Virus record (IMG/VR): IMGVR_UViG_2703718845_000006
DNA length: 45,755 nucleotides
Source: a virus
Lineage: Duplodnaviria > Heunggongvirae > Uroviricota > Caudoviricetes
Strand: one strand, 5' to 3'
Under the pieces are notes generated by a model, which was not told the origin of the DNA, did not search any database, and saw nothing but the letters and a program-made list of their open reading frames with translations. Shown piece by piece: positions 1-10,325 of this stretch; within the stretch, counting starts at the first letter, position 1, and the number at the start of each line of letters is the position of its first letter. Both the position numbers and the translations under genes were made by a program.

Positions 1-1629
1 TTGTCGCTACATGATAAATTATTAATGCATAACTTCGCATTAGCCAATAAAAAAAGCCCTGACTTCATATCTGAACTTCCTCAAATTGAACCTAAACCAT
101 ACAGCAATGGACATAAAATTAAATGGATAAACCACACACTTACTAGCACTGAAGTTACTCCCCCTGATAACCTGATTAAAATATGCATATTGATTGAGTC
201 AGGGGAAATTGCTATAACATCAGTAAGTGATATTGCCAATTTACTTGGAGTTCCTGCTGGCCAATTACTTTATATACTATATCATAAAAAAGATAATTAT
301 CGTACTTTTGAAATAGAAAAGAAGAATGGTAAAAAAAGAGTCATTAATGCTCCTTGTGGCGGTCTATCGATACTCCAAACGAGACTAAAGCCTGTTCTTG
401 AATATTTCTACAGGCCAAAGAAATCTGCTCATGGTTTTATAAAAGGAAAGAGCATCATTACTAATGCTGGGATGCATATTAAAAAAAATTTTGTCGTAAA
501 CATTGACCTAGAAAACTATTTCGAATCAATAAGTTTTGCTAGGGTTTATGGAATATTTAAAAGTAAACCTTTTAATTTTGCTCATCCAGCAGCTACTGTT
601 TTAGCTCAGTTATGTACTCACAATGGAAAATTACCTCAAGGTGCGTGTACATCGCCAATATTAGCAAATATTGCATCAGCTTCTCTAGACAAACAGCTCA
701 CCCAATTTGCAGGAAGAAAAAAAATATCTTATTCTAGGTATGCTGACGACATAACTTTTTCTTTCAATCAGAGAAATATTGATATAATCAAAAAAAACGA
801 CGACGGAAGTTATAGTCTTAGTGAAACTATAGACAATATTATTTCAAAAAATGGCTTTAAAATAAATTATGATAAATTTAGAGTTCAAACCAGAAATACA
901 AGACAAAGTGTTACTGGCTTAGTGGTTAATGATAAAGTTAACATTAACAGAAGATATATAAGAATTACACGTTCAATGATTCATAGATGGACAGATGATA
1001 AGCTAAAGTATGCACTTCTCTTTGCTACAGAAAAAGGATATCAGGCAAAGGATAATAACCACGCAATTCAAATTTTCCGAAATCATATTTATGGAAGGCT
1101 TAGCTTTATAAAAATGGTTAGAGGGAAAGACTATCCAGGATATTTAAAACTGATGTCATACATGAGTCATAACGATCCATTAAAAACCCAAGAAGGATTG
1201 CGAGCAATGAAAGAAACAGAAAACTTTGATGTTTTTATATGCCATGCAAGCGAAGACAAAAAAGGCATTGCAATTCCAATATATGACGAGTTAACTAAAC
1301 TTAAAATTTCAGCCTTCATAGATCATGTTGAGATAAAATGGGGCGACTCCTTAATTGAGAAAATAAATGCAGCACTAGTTAAATCAAAATATGTCATCGC
1401 TATTTTATCTGCTAATTCAGTCAATAAGGAATGGCCTCAAAAAGAATTAAGGGCAGTTTTAGCCAGCGAAATATCGAGTGGCGACGTAAAACTTTTGACC
1501 TTATTAAAAAAAGAAGACGAGGAGGTCGTAAACCTATCATTACCTTTACTTAGTGATAAGTATTATATGGTCTATGATAATAATCCTGAAGTAGTCGCCA
1601 ACAATATTAAATCACTCTTACAACGATAA
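1..1629 (+). CDS. Retron-type reverse transcriptase fused to a C-terminal TIR domain (RT-TIR); ORF is open to the window edge so the 5' end may be truncated
   Basis: RT motifs in translation: NAPCGGLSILQTRLKP, GFIKGKS..NIDLENYFESI, LPQGACTSPILANI, YADD at aa 247-250 (nt 739-750), retron-typical VTG at aa 304-306. C-terminal TIR-like segment FDVFICHASEDKK (aa 409-421) with W-x3-E (W478..E482). AT-rich compared with the flanking tail genes. Confidence 0.85.
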   Translation: MSLHDKLLMHNFALANKKSPDFISELPQIEPKPYSNGHKIKWINHTLTSTEVTPPDNLIKICILIESGEIAITSVSDIANLLGVPAGQLLYILYHKKDNYRTFEIEKKNGKKRVINAPCGGLSILQTRLKPVLEYFYRPKKSAHGFIKGKSIITNAGMHIKKNFVVNIDLENYFESISFARVYGIFKSKPFNFAHPAATVLAQLCTHNGKLPQGACTSPILANIASASLDKQLTQFAGRKKISYSRYADDITFSFNQRNIDIIKKNDDGSYSLSETIDNIISKNGFKINYDKFRVQTRNTRQSVTGLVVNDKVNINRRYIRITRSMIHRWTDDKLKYALLFATEKGYQAKDNNHAIQIFRNHIYGRLSFIKMVRGKDYPGYLKLMSYMSHNDPLKTQEGLRAMKETENFDVFICHASEDKKGIAIPIYDELTKLKISAFIDHVEIKWGDSLIEKINAALVKSKYVIAILSANSVNKEWPQKELRAVLASEISSGDVKLLTLLKKEDEEVVNLSLPLLSDKYYMVYDNNPEVVANNIKSLLQR

Positions 1630-1911
1630 TTCTCTCACAAAAGCAAATGTGCAGATTGATGCGTATTAAGTATTAATCTGTACATACAAAAAATCAATAA
1701 AATAATATATTTTTCATAACTTGTAGGTAACAACAATATATGTCGTAACGAATAGTTGGATAACCTCTATACCCTATTAATCAACCAATTAACTCTATGT
1801 AATCTCGCAGCCTCAAAACCCGACTATTGTTCTCTTAACAGTCAGTTCACGTTCCATTTCGGCCTGAGCCCCATAACATGGAAGAAAAAACGCCCCCAGT
1901 CAGTCCAGCTT

Positions 1912-2016
1912 TCAGACAATCAGTGTGTCACCTGCCGATAATATTCTGAGTAGTTTTTTCAGCCCAGGCCTTTCGGACTTTGTACCACTGATTTTATCTT
2001 CAAAATCAGCGCGCAT
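1912..2016 (-). pseudogene. Internal fragment of a serine recombinase (DNA invertase/resolvase), 34 codons, lacking the catalytic N-terminus and the C-terminal DNA-binding part
   Basis: Minus-strand translation MRADFEDKISGTKSERPGLKKLLRILSAGDTLIV* resembles the conserved FEDK-SG...RPGLK...GDTLVV block of Pin/Gin/Hin-type invertases (from memory); in-frame stops lie immediately upstream and the frame closes after DTLIV. Confidence 0.55.
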
Positions 2017-2073
2017 ACTTCGTAATCCAGCAAGCTCTTGTATATGACGTTATTATGGCTACAGCAGTAACGA

Positions 2074-2256
2074 TTATTCCATAACAGGTACTGTAGGCCA
2101 CTCAATATCAGGTGCAGTTGATGTATCAACACGGTTCAGCAACACCCGATACTTTTTCCAGGCTTCCAGCAACAAGGTTTCTTCCTCCGTTGCGATTTCC
2201 AGCTCAACAACAGTCTGAACGTACCGGGAACAGCCTCCTTCAGAGCTTGAAGGATA
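2074..2256 (-). pseudogene. tfa: Remnant of the tail-fibre assembly gene tfa (C-terminal ~42 codons only), in frame directly after the stf stop codon
   Basis: Minus-strand translation after the stf TGA reads ...[48 protein letters not shown], matching the C-terminus of lambda Tfa as I recall it; there is no start codon or N-terminal part. Confidence 0.65.
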
Positions 2257-5200
2257 TCAATGTTCGCTTCCTGTTAACTGCCGGACAAGTGCAACCAGTT
2301 CGCTTACCTGATTTTCCAGAGTGCTGATCCGGGTGCCTGCTGTTGCCAGATTTTGACGTAGCGTTGTGTTTTCCTCTTCCAGCGCGGTAACGCGATCATC
2401 TGTTTCACGGGCGACCTGAACAAGTAAACCCGTCACGGCGGCGTAGTCAACATTAAGATAGCGCGTTTCTTCGCGTAGCTTGTTGCCGTCAACGGTCGGA
2501 CCTTGCAACTCTTCACCATAATGAGTAAACGATCCCACAGCTTCTGGTATCGCCTCCATTACTTCCTGTGCAATAACGCCAGCATAAGGCAGGCCGTTTT
2601 CCTTGAGCGTGTAGGTGTAACCGTTCATTTTGCGGATTGCTTTCGTCGCGTCGCTGATAACGCGAATATCGTCTTTAAGGTCGCGGTCTGATGACTGATT
2701 CAGCGTTGTGCAATTAATAGCGCCATTTACATCAAACAACTGGCCTGCTGGTGTTCTTTGCGCATAAAACAGATACGCAGCAGACGTTGCAACCTCAAAA
2801 ACGTTTTGTCGATCACTTGACCCCCAGACCGCGATGCTAACTGGCAGTTCTGAATTACCTGAATTAAGTAAAGCAAAACGATTGCCAGTCCCTGTTTGTT
2901 TTCTAATTACTAAATCGGCAGTTGAGTTAACCTCATCTTTGTTGATGGTTAGCGCCTGCGCTGTAGCACCGTTAACAGTGCCACTTAGTAGTTGAACCGC
3001 TCCATCATCGCCATTTAACAGCACTTGAGCGCTGCTTCTGTGGTTTTTCAGGAACAACTTTTTGCCTGTGCTTTCTGATGTGCCTACCGACCACGCCGAA
3101 TTGGTTCCAGTGCTATCAACACCACGAACGGTACAATTCATGCTGCCATAATCTGACGTACTTCCAAGCACATCAATCCGCCCGCCACCTAATTTTGATG
3201 GAGTCGTCGAGGTTAACGACCTGACGGTTACATCCTGATTCCATCCGGAAACAACAACCTGACTCCACGCTGTCCAGTTTCCATTAACAACAAAGCGAAC
3301 GTATATACGTTTTGTGTCGCTGTTAATCAGCGTTTGCATGTTCGCATAATCTGAATCCCTAACCTTACGAGTCGATTCAACACGGAGCAAAAAGTTACCT
3401 GTTACGCCGTCAGGCTTGTTGGTGATATTTGCACCACCTGCAGAGGATGGACAAATATAGTATTTAACTGCCCCGGCATCTGACTTGATGATGGTCAGGT
3501 TGTTAAGATTAACCGTCTGGCCGTCAATGTTTTCCGGCTCGATGGCTCCTGCTATCCCGGCACTGAACGTAGCAACGGCTGAAAACGCTGTCGTACCTTT
3601 GAAAGCCAGTTGACCACCAATCGTTAATCCCTTGTCGAGTTTCGCTTGCGTGATCAATTTGCTGTTTTGTTTCTGATCAGGACTCTCACCAAAAGCCAGA
3701 TCCCCATTAGTATCAATTCCAAGATACTTTGGGTTCATGTTGTCTAACTTAAACCCAATGGACACATTTTCAGAAGAACCAGAACGCGTTAAAACCAACG
3801 GCGTGTGCTGTACTCCATAGATGCTGAGCGTAGTTGCCGATGAGTCAGTGTCGGTATTTGCAATCTCAATCGTTCTGCTTTTAATTTTATACGCTACTGT
3901 GAGATCACGGACTTCAACCCTCCCGTCGTGACGAACAACAAGATCCCCTCCTGATGTCCCCCCTGCTGTCTTTGCCCTGATGCGAACTTCGCCAAGCGAA
4001 TCAGTGTTAGGACCAGCATAGATTATGCCGCGCTCTGTGTTATCGCCAGTATAAAACCGCAAAGCGGTGACTCCACTGTCTGCCCGCAGGAAGACTGACG
4101 GTGTACCTTTTTTGATTGTCAAGTCACCGGTCATTGTATCGCCGGTTTTTTTTACCTGCGCATCGTTCGTTACGTTGCCAAGTCCAACATCCGATTTCGA
4201 CGGCTTGTTTGCCGAGCCGTATAGCTCATTGACGCTAAAAGTCCCGTTGTTAAGCCGGGCATCGTTGCCGGCATAGATCTTAATCTTCGCGGTTGAGTAG
4301 TCGATATTGATCGCTGACCACGTATCGCCGCACCGCGAGAATATACCAGAACCGTGGCTATAAATGGTCGCCGTGCTTCCGGTCGGCTTATCACCGCGCC
4401 AGAAATGACCACCTTTGTCACGCAGAGCTTTTAAGATCTCTACATCGCTCATCTTGCCGTTTGTTGATATCCCGCTACCGCCAAGACCGAAAGCGCCTGT
4501 AAGCATAGCATTAGAAAGACCCAAATCTGCTTTAGTCGGCTTGTTTACCTGGTCGTAAATCCTTACAACGTTGCCTTCAATATATCCAGAAGGCGCGGCG
4601 GTTTGCTTAACAAATCCGTCTGGAATGTATAATTCCGTGCGTGCCGTCTGCGCCAGTACCGCAACCTTTGCGCCGTTGATAAATGCGCACTGGAAGGCCC
4701 AAACCTCAATAAAGCCATCACCTTTAACCAGGCCGTAACGCATCTGGTTGTTATCGGTCAGCCCGGTTGACCCTAAGCGGCGTATACTCAGATGACGAGA
4801 AACATTATCCGCACTAAGCAAAGAAGGCAGACCGCGCGCCGAGATCTCGATAAAGTCAATGTTTCCGTAAGGGGAGCCGTAGTTACCAGCGTTAGTAACC
4901 ATTAGCGTTACATGGCAATTGTTGCTTCCGGGATCGGAAAGTTTCGCGATCTTTATGTAAAAAGACTCATTACCAGTAACAACGGGCCAATCGTATTGCG
5001 TCATCGGGCTGACGAGTCCCCCGACCTTGTCGAGATATTCTTTCGCCTTGTTCTCTGACGCTTTAGCGTTGGTTTCGCTGACCTTTGCTGCTGCCTCACT
5101 ATTTTTCGCGTTGGTTTCTGATTTTTTGGCTGCTGTCGCGGAGTTTGCCGATGCAGTTTGTGAGTCTGCTGCCGCCTGTGCGCTGTTATCCGCATTCGTC

Positions 5201-6033
5201 TCAGACGTTTTTGCGGCCTTCGCGGAATTTCCTGCTGCCGTTGCCGAGGAAGCTGCACTGCCGGCGCTCGAGGCAGCGCTCGTTTCTGATGATTTTGCCG
5301 CCACTTTTGAAGCCGACGCATCCCGGGCTGAGGTGGCAGCTTCTGACGCTTTCGTGGTCGCGGTGGATGCAGAAGTGGCCGCAGATTTTTGTGATGCTGC
5401 GGCATTCGTTTCTGACGTTTTCGCTGCACCGGCACTGGTGGCTGCCGCGCTTTTTGAAGACTCTGCGGCGGCAGCACTTTTTGATGCTTCAGTGGCCTTT
5501 GTTGATGCCGTTCCTGCGCTGGAAGACGCTGACTGAGCCGACGACGCGGCCTGTCCGGCTGACGTGCTGGCTGCACGTGCTGAGCCTGCAGCATCAGTCG
5601 CACGGGTTGCCGCCTCACGGGCTGATGTGCCGGCATCGCTGGCTGACTTCTTCGCGGCTGCTGTGTTCTGCGCCACTGCGGACGCGTTACGCGCCACCTC
5701 TTCCACCATCAGTTCAAAGCGGCGCAGTGCCTCCGGACGGGCATCATCCTCCGTCATGGCACCGAGAAAATCATTCAGCGTACCGGGTCGGGAATCTTCA
5801 TACACGGTGATGGTCCCGGCATGTGACGGCGGGAATCCTTCCACCAACAGAATAACGCTGTACTGACCGTACTCAACGTCCATGCTGTAACGCCCGGCTT
5901 CATCCGGATTTTCTGAGGCCACCGTGTTCACCACCACCGTGGTGCTGTTACGTTTTGCTTTCAGCTGGATTGTGCAGTTCTGTACCGGTTTACCTGCACC
6001 GTCTTTCAGTACACCTGAAATCTTTACTGCCAT
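2257..6033 (-). CDS. stf: Side tail fibre protein: lambda Stf-like N-terminus, Ala/Ser-rich repeat region, C-terminal intramolecular-chaperone (peptidase S74-like) domain
   Basis: N-terminus MAVKISGVLKDGAGKPVQNCTIQLKAKRNSTT matches lambda Stf; C-terminus DLKDDIRVISDATKAIRKMNGYTYTLKE...VDYAAVTGLLVQVARE is typical of the self-cleaving chaperone domain of tail fibres/endosialidases. Probable start is the ATG at 6033 rather than the GTG at 6039. Confidence 0.9.
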   Translation of the reverse strand: MAVKISGVLKDGAGKPVQNCTIQLKAKRNSTTVVVNTVASENPDEAGRYSMDVEYGQYSVILLVEGFPPSHAGTITVYEDSRPGTLNDFLGAMTEDDARPEALRRFELMVEEVARNASAVAQNTAAAKKSASDAGTSAREAATRATDAAGSARAASTSAGQAASSAQSASSSAGTASTKATEASKSAAAAESSKSAAATSAGAAKTSETNAAASQKSAATSASTATTKASEAATSARDASASKVAAKSSETSAASSAGSAASSATAAGNSAKAAKTSETNADNSAQAAADSQTASANSATAAKKSETNAKNSEAAAKVSETNAKASENKAKEYLDKVGGLVSPMTQYDWPVVTGNESFYIKIAKLSDPGSNNCHVTLMVTNAGNYGSPYGNIDFIEISARGLPSLLSADNVSRHLSIRRLGSTGLTDNNQMRYGLVKGDGFIEVWAFQCAFINGAKVAVLAQTARTELYIPDGFVKQTAAPSGYIEGNVVRIYDQVNKPTKADLGLSNAMLTGAFGLGGSGISTNGKMSDVEILKALRDKGGHFWRGDKPTGSTATIYSHGSGIFSRCGDTWSAINIDYSTAKIKIYAGNDARLNNGTFSVNELYGSANKPSKSDVGLGNVTNDAQVKKTGDTMTGDLTIKKGTPSVFLRADSGVTALRFYTGDNTERGIIYAGPNTDSLGEVRIRAKTAGGTSGGDLVVRHDGRVEVRDLTVAYKIKSRTIEIANTDTDSSATTLSIYGVQHTPLVLTRSGSSENVSIGFKLDNMNPKYLGIDTNGDLAFGESPDQKQNSKLITQAKLDKGLTIGGQLAFKGTTAFSAVATFSAGIAGAIEPENIDGQTVNLNNLTIIKSDAGAVKYYICPSSAGGANITNKPDGVTGNFLLRVESTRKVRDSDYANMQTLINSDTKRIYVRFVVNGNWTAWSQVVVSGWNQDVTVRSLTSTTPSKLGGGRIDVLGSTSDYGSMNCTVRGVDSTGTNSAWSVGTSESTGKKLFLKNHRSSAQVLLNGDDGAVQLLSGTVNGATAQALTINKDEVNSTADLVIRKQTGTGNRFALLNSGNSELPVSIAVWGSSDRQNVFEVATSAAYLFYAQRTPAGQLFDVNGAINCTTLNQSSDRDLKDDIRVISDATKAIRKMNGYTYTLKENGLPYAGVIAQEVMEAIPEAVGSFTHYGEELQGPTVDGNKLREETRYLNVDYAAVTGLLVQVARETDDRVTALEEENTTLRQNLATAGTRISTLENQVSELVALVRQLTGSEH
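5049..5712 (-). repeat. Low-complexity Ala/Ser/Thr-rich coding repeat inside stf (source of the spurious antisense ORFs)
   Basis: Repetitive translation (AAKTSETNA, SASSAGTAST, AAKKSETNAKNSE...); several overlapping ORFs on the opposite strand have no protein-like character. Confidence 0.6.
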
Positions 6034-6042
6034 ATTCACCCC

Positions 6043-6071
6043 ACAAAAAAGCCCGCCTGAACCGGCGGGCT
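6043..6071 (-). terminator. Intrinsic terminator between lom and stf
   Basis: Stem GCCCGCC (6051-6057) / GGCGGGC (6064-6070) with a 6-nt loop, followed on the minus strand by a six-U run (complement of 6045-6050). Confidence 0.6.
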
Positions 6072-6097
6072 GTCATAACACTGTGTTACCTGGCTAA

Positions 6098-6697
6098 TCA
6101 GAACTTATAACCGACACCCATGATGAAACCGTCAGTGCGCCAGTCACCACTGCCGGAGCCTTCATAAGCAATATCAATGGCCACGGATTCGGTCGGGTTA
6201 AACTGCACGCCAGCCCCCCACGCCAGAGACGTGTTGCTGCGGCGACCGTCATCACTTCCGGTCAGCACTTCGTGCGTTTTCCCCTTGTTGTCAGTTACGC
6301 GGAGATAATCCCCGGAGAAAGTCGAAACACGGCTGTAAGCCACACCCGCCATCGCATACGCGCTGAACCATTCATTCACGCGCACAGACGGCCCCGCCAT
6401 CACGCTGAACCAGCGATTACGCACGGAATCTTCATGCCAGCGGGTATCGCTGTAATGAGTCAGCTGGCGATTCTTGTCTTCTGCATAGCTGAATGACGTC
6501 ACCATCCCCAGCGTGTCCGTAAACTCATAGCGGTATTTCACGTTAATCCCGTTAAGATCATCGCTGCCGGGAACGTTCGTCGAGGCATGAAGATACCCCG
6601 CGCTCAGCGTGGACTGATGTTCAGACGCCCATGAAGGCGCACCGGATACGACCAGACAGATGGCTGCGGACAAAATGGCTGCACAAACTTTACGCAT
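6098..6697 (-). CDS. lom: Lom-family outer membrane beta-barrel protein (Ail/Lom/PagC family)
   Basis: Signal peptide MRKVCAAILSAAICLVVSGAPSWA, C-terminal aromatic residue (..GVGYKF), position between J and stf as in lambda. Confidence 0.9.
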   Translation of the reverse strand: MRKVCAAILSAAICLVVSGAPSWASEHQSTLSAGYLHASTNVPGSDDLNGINVKYRYEFTDTLGMVTSFSYAEDKNRQLTHYSDTRWHEDSVRNRWFSVMAGPSVRVNEWFSAYAMAGVAYSRVSTFSGDYLRVTDNKGKTHEVLTGSDDGRRSNTSLAWGAGVQFNPTESVAIDIAYEGSGSGDWRTDGFIMGVGYKF

Positions 6698-6721
6698 AAT
6701 TACCTCTCGCTTTTCTGCAAT

Positions 6722-6750
6722 AAAAAAGGCGTCATTCCTGACGCCCTTTA
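6722..6750 (-). terminator. Intrinsic terminator downstream of J
   Basis: Stem GGCGTCA (6728-6734) / TGACGCC (6739-6745), loop TTCC, followed on the minus strand by TTTTTTATT. Confidence 0.6.
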
Positions 6751-6767
6751 TTGGGGTTATAACAATT

Positions 6768-9700
6768 TCAACGAATACTGATGCCGGAAGCAGCCTTTTT
6801 GGTCACAATCACCGTACAGTCGGTGATATTGCCTGCCCCCTGATTGCCTTTCTGGAAAATCTTAAACTCCAGAGTGACGCTTCCCCTGCCACTCGGCATA
6901 TCAATAACCGCACTGTAACTACCGGGAATGGCCCCTTTAGTTTCTCTGGATGCGATTAATACGCCGTTTTTGCGAACTTCAAAACCATAACCCGTGTATC
7001 TTGTACCTCCCGGGTTATTACCACTTCCCGGATCGCTATACGCTATTCCGTTAAAGATAATGGGCGGAATAATAATCTGGCGGTCAAAGTTATGATCATC
7101 GCTGATGGTGACTGTAACCGTACCGTTTGGTGTTTCCGTGTTACCCCACGTACCGACTTTTTTCGGGAAGGCTTTTGATACAGCTTTAACGAAATCCCCT
7201 CTGACCTGGGTCGCCTCCAGCATGCCCTTAATCGTACAGTTCTGGTTAATCGTGACATTGTTGAGCGTTCCTGAGTTCGCATTCACACTACCACTGATAT
7301 CCGCATTTTTAGCGGTCAGCTTTCCGTCTGATGTCAGGGAAAATACCGGAGGACTGCCACCGCTGGTAATGGTGGGGGCCGTCAGGCGTTTCAGGAACAC
7401 TTCATTCATGAATATCTGATCGCCCTGACCAACAAACATCGGCTTTGTGTTGCCATTCGCAGGATTAATCATCGCAATCCTGTCTGCTGCCAGCAGCACC
7501 TGACTCTGCATGCCGTCAGGGGTGTTCTCAATACCGGCACCGATACCCGCAATATAAAGGCGTCCGTCCTGCATCTGCTGCAGCTTCACTGCCCACATGC
7601 TGTTCAGGTTATTATTTGTATCAACCTGAACCTTCTGTATCTGCTGGATTGCCGCACTCTGGTCTTCCAGTTTCTTATTGACGGTCTGTGTTATTTCATT
7701 GCTGACATCCGTTATGGACGTCCTGATTTCAGTCAGGTCAGGCGCAAGCTGACCGTTATCAATCTGCGTCCACAGCTCCTGAGCCAGATGGGTTTTCCCT
7801 ATCTCGCCTTTGAAAAAATCCAGATAGCCTGATGCATCATCACTCGGCTGACCGACAGCCTCCACGAATGCCGATTTGCCAACGGTGTTCACACTGCGAA
7901 CGTAAAAATAATAATCATGGCCCGGTTTGATATTGATACTGGCGGCTATCCAGTACAGTGCCGTACCAAGATAACGCGCGCTGGTTTCAACCTGCCTGAT
8001 ATCCGCAATCCGTTTTTCCGAGAACCAGAACTCAAACTGTACCGTCGGGTCATAAACGGCAAGATGCGGCGTGGCGGTTATCTGAAAATAGCCCGGCGTC
8101 AGCTCAATCCTCGACGGTGCTGCCGGTGCGGCAATCCGGAACGATACCGACGCCGGATCGCCCTGCTGCCCCCACGCATTTACCGCCCGGACTGTCAGCC
8201 TGTAGTTCCCCAGCGCCAGTTGCCTGAAGCGGTATGTGGTTTCCGTCGTCCGGGCCGTGCTGACCAGCCGCTCACTGCCGTCGTCCGCTGTTACGGTCAG
8301 ACGGAGCAGGAAGCTCACCCCCTTCACCACCTTCGGCGTGTCCCAGCGCGCCAGCACCTGATATTCCCCGCTGTCTGCGGTGACTTCGGCAGTCAGGTGC
8401 TGCACCGCTGGCGGCGTGACACCATTCACCGTGCCGCTCTGGTCGCCGTCAAAGTGCGCCCCGTTATCCACGATGGCCTCTTTTTCCGGTACATGCTGCA
8501 CGGCGGTGATGGCATACGTGCCGTCATCGTTCTCACGGATACTCACGCAGCGGAACAGGCGCTGGCGCAGCGTCGGCAGCTTCAGCCCCCATACGCTGTA
8601 TCCGGCAACGCCGTCAGGAACACGGCTCACTTTCACCTTCACGCCGTCGGTGACGGACTGGACCTCCACGCTGACCGGACTCCCCTGCCCGTCAACCAGG
8701 CTTATCAGCGTGGTACCGGAAGATGGCAGCGTGATTTCACGGTCGAGCGTCAGCGTCCGGGTCTGGCTGTTCACCGCCAGCACGCGCCCGCCGGTGCTGA
8801 TACCGGCATAGTCATCATCGCAGATTTCAATGACATCGCCCGGTACATGGCGAAGCCCTTCGGCACCCACGCTGAAGTCCACGGTCTGCGTCTCCAGCAG
8901 CTCCGTTTTAATCAGCCACAGCCCGGCGCGGTGTGCCTGCCCCCGGCTGGTACAGCCAAAGGCATCCATCTTCGTGACGTTACGACCGTAACGGAGAATG
9001 GCCTGCGTGTCCTCCACAAGCTCTGTCGCCGTCTCCCAGCCGTTATCCGGGTCAATCCAGTTCACCTCAACGGCATTATGGCGGTCTTTCAGGGCGCTGA
9101 AACTGTAGCGGAACGGCGCGCCATCATCCGGCATCACCACATTACTGCGGTTATAGGTCCACACCTTATCCGACGGTCGGTCCTGCACGAACGTCAGCGT
9201 CTGCCCGTTCCATACCGGCATACAGCGCATCGCCGAGCAGAAATCGCTGAGCACATCCCACGCCTTACGCTGTGTGGTCAGCCAGGCATTACAGGTGATG
9301 CGCGGCTCCGTGCCGCCAAAGCCGTCCGGCACTGACTGGTCGCAGTACTGGCCGATAAGATACAGCGCCCATTTATCCACATCCACCGCACCAAGACGTT
9401 TCCCCATGCCGTAGCGCGGATGGGTCAGCATATCCCACAGACACCAGGCCGGGTTGTTGCTGTATGCCGGTTTAAACGTTCCGTCCCAGATACCGCTGTA
9501 TTGCCGCGTCTGCGGGTTATAATTCGACGGCACCTGCAGAATACGCCCGCGCAGATGATAATTACGGCTCACCTGCTGGCTGCCGAACTGCTCCGAGTCC
9601 ACCTGCACGCCGACCAGTGCCGTGTTCGGGTAGCACTGTTTCACATCGATAATTTCGGTGTATGACGACCAGAGCGTTTTGTTCTGCAGCTGGTCTGTGG

Positions 9701-10265
9701 TGCTGTCCGGCGTCATCCTGCGCATCCGGATATTAAACGGGCGCGGCGGCAGGTTATCCACCACCACCGAGGCCAGATACTGTGAAGTGGTTTTACCCTT
9801 AATGGTGATGTCTTTTTCCGTCACCCAGCCACCGTTACGTTGTATCTGAACCAGCAGGCGGACTTCCGATGGATTCCTGTCCCCCTTTGAGGTGGTTTCC
9901 ACCAGTGCCTGCACGCCGAAAGTAAAACGCAGACGGTCAATGTTTGCCGACGTGATGGTCCGGGTGATCGGCGTGTCGTATTTCACTTCCGTACCCAACA
10001 CCGTCTCGGAGCCGGAGGATTCAAATCCCTCCGGCGGAGTCTGCTCCTGCTCACCGGCCCGGAACACCACCGTGACACCGGCGATGTTGGTATTCCCATC
10101 ACTGTCCAGCACCGGCGTACTGTTCAGCAGCACGCTTTTTAATCCATCCACCGGACCTTCAACCGGCCCTTCGCTGATGGCATCGATCACACTCAGCAGC
10201 TGCGTGGACTTCAGGTTGTCCTTCGCTTCGCGCGGGGTATGCCCCTTACTGCTGCCTTTACCCAT
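6768..10265 (-). CDS. J: Tail tip / host specificity protein J
   Basis: 1165 aa; N-terminus [34 protein letters not shown] and much of the length match lambda gpJ as recalled; the C-terminal receptor-binding part diverges. Confidence 0.95.
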   Translation of the reverse strand: MGKGSSKGHTPREAKDNLKSTQLLSVIDAISEGPVEGPVDGLKSVLLNSTPVLDSDGNTNIAGVTVVFRAGEQEQTPPEGFESSGSETVLGTEVKYDTPITRTITSANIDRLRFTFGVQALVETTSKGDRNPSEVRLLVQIQRNGGWVTEKDITIKGKTTSQYLASVVVDNLPPRPFNIRMRRMTPDSTTDQLQNKTLWSSYTEIIDVKQCYPNTALVGVQVDSEQFGSQQVSRNYHLRGRILQVPSNYNPQTRQYSGIWDGTFKPAYSNNPAWCLWDMLTHPRYGMGKRLGAVDVDKWALYLIGQYCDQSVPDGFGGTEPRITCNAWLTTQRKAWDVLSDFCSAMRCMPVWNGQTLTFVQDRPSDKVWTYNRSNVVMPDDGAPFRYSFSALKDRHNAVEVNWIDPDNGWETATELVEDTQAILRYGRNVTKMDAFGCTSRGQAHRAGLWLIKTELLETQTVDFSVGAEGLRHVPGDVIEICDDDYAGISTGGRVLAVNSQTRTLTLDREITLPSSGTTLISLVDGQGSPVSVEVQSVTDGVKVKVSRVPDGVAGYSVWGLKLPTLRQRLFRCVSIRENDDGTYAITAVQHVPEKEAIVDNGAHFDGDQSGTVNGVTPPAVQHLTAEVTADSGEYQVLARWDTPKVVKGVSFLLRLTVTADDGSERLVSTARTTETTYRFRQLALGNYRLTVRAVNAWGQQGDPASVSFRIAAPAAPSRIELTPGYFQITATPHLAVYDPTVQFEFWFSEKRIADIRQVETSARYLGTALYWIAASINIKPGHDYYFYVRSVNTVGKSAFVEAVGQPSDDASGYLDFFKGEIGKTHLAQELWTQIDNGQLAPDLTEIRTSITDVSNEITQTVNKKLEDQSAAIQQIQKVQVDTNNNLNSMWAVKLQQMQDGRLYIAGIGAGIENTPDGMQSQVLLAADRIAMINPANGNTKPMFVGQGDQIFMNEVFLKRLTAPTITSGGSPPVFSLTSDGKLTAKNADISGSVNANSGTLNNVTINQNCTIKGMLEATQVRGDFVKAVSKAFPKKVGTWGNTETPNGTVTVTISDDHNFDRQIIIPPIIFNGIAYSDPGSGNNPGGTRYTGYGFEVRKNGVLIASRETKGAIPGSYSAVIDMPSGRGSVTLEFKIFQKGNQGAGNITDCTVIVTKKAASGISIR

Positions 10266-10325
10266 TCCTCACGCTCCATAAATGACAAAACCGCCCGCAG
10301 GCGGTTTCACATAAAACATTTTGCA

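Noticed and set aside
1630-2256. Possible retron msr-msd ncRNA between the RT and the tail fibre gene
   Set aside because: No long inverted repeats or msd-like stem-loop found; the region is better explained by tfa and invertase remnants. The ncRNA is expected upstream of the RT, outside the window.
5001-5866. Several overlapping ORFs (211, 169, 241, 100 aa) on both strands inside the stf repeat region
   Set aside because: They are generated by the GC-rich Ala/Ser-rich coding repeats of stf, have low-complexity Arg/Pro- or Ala-rich translations, and overlap a gene with clear homology; treated as artefacts.
7917-9335. 472-aa plus-strand ORF inside J
   Set aside because: Entirely antisense to the well-supported J gene; Arg/Pro-rich translation typical of a GC-rich antisense frame.
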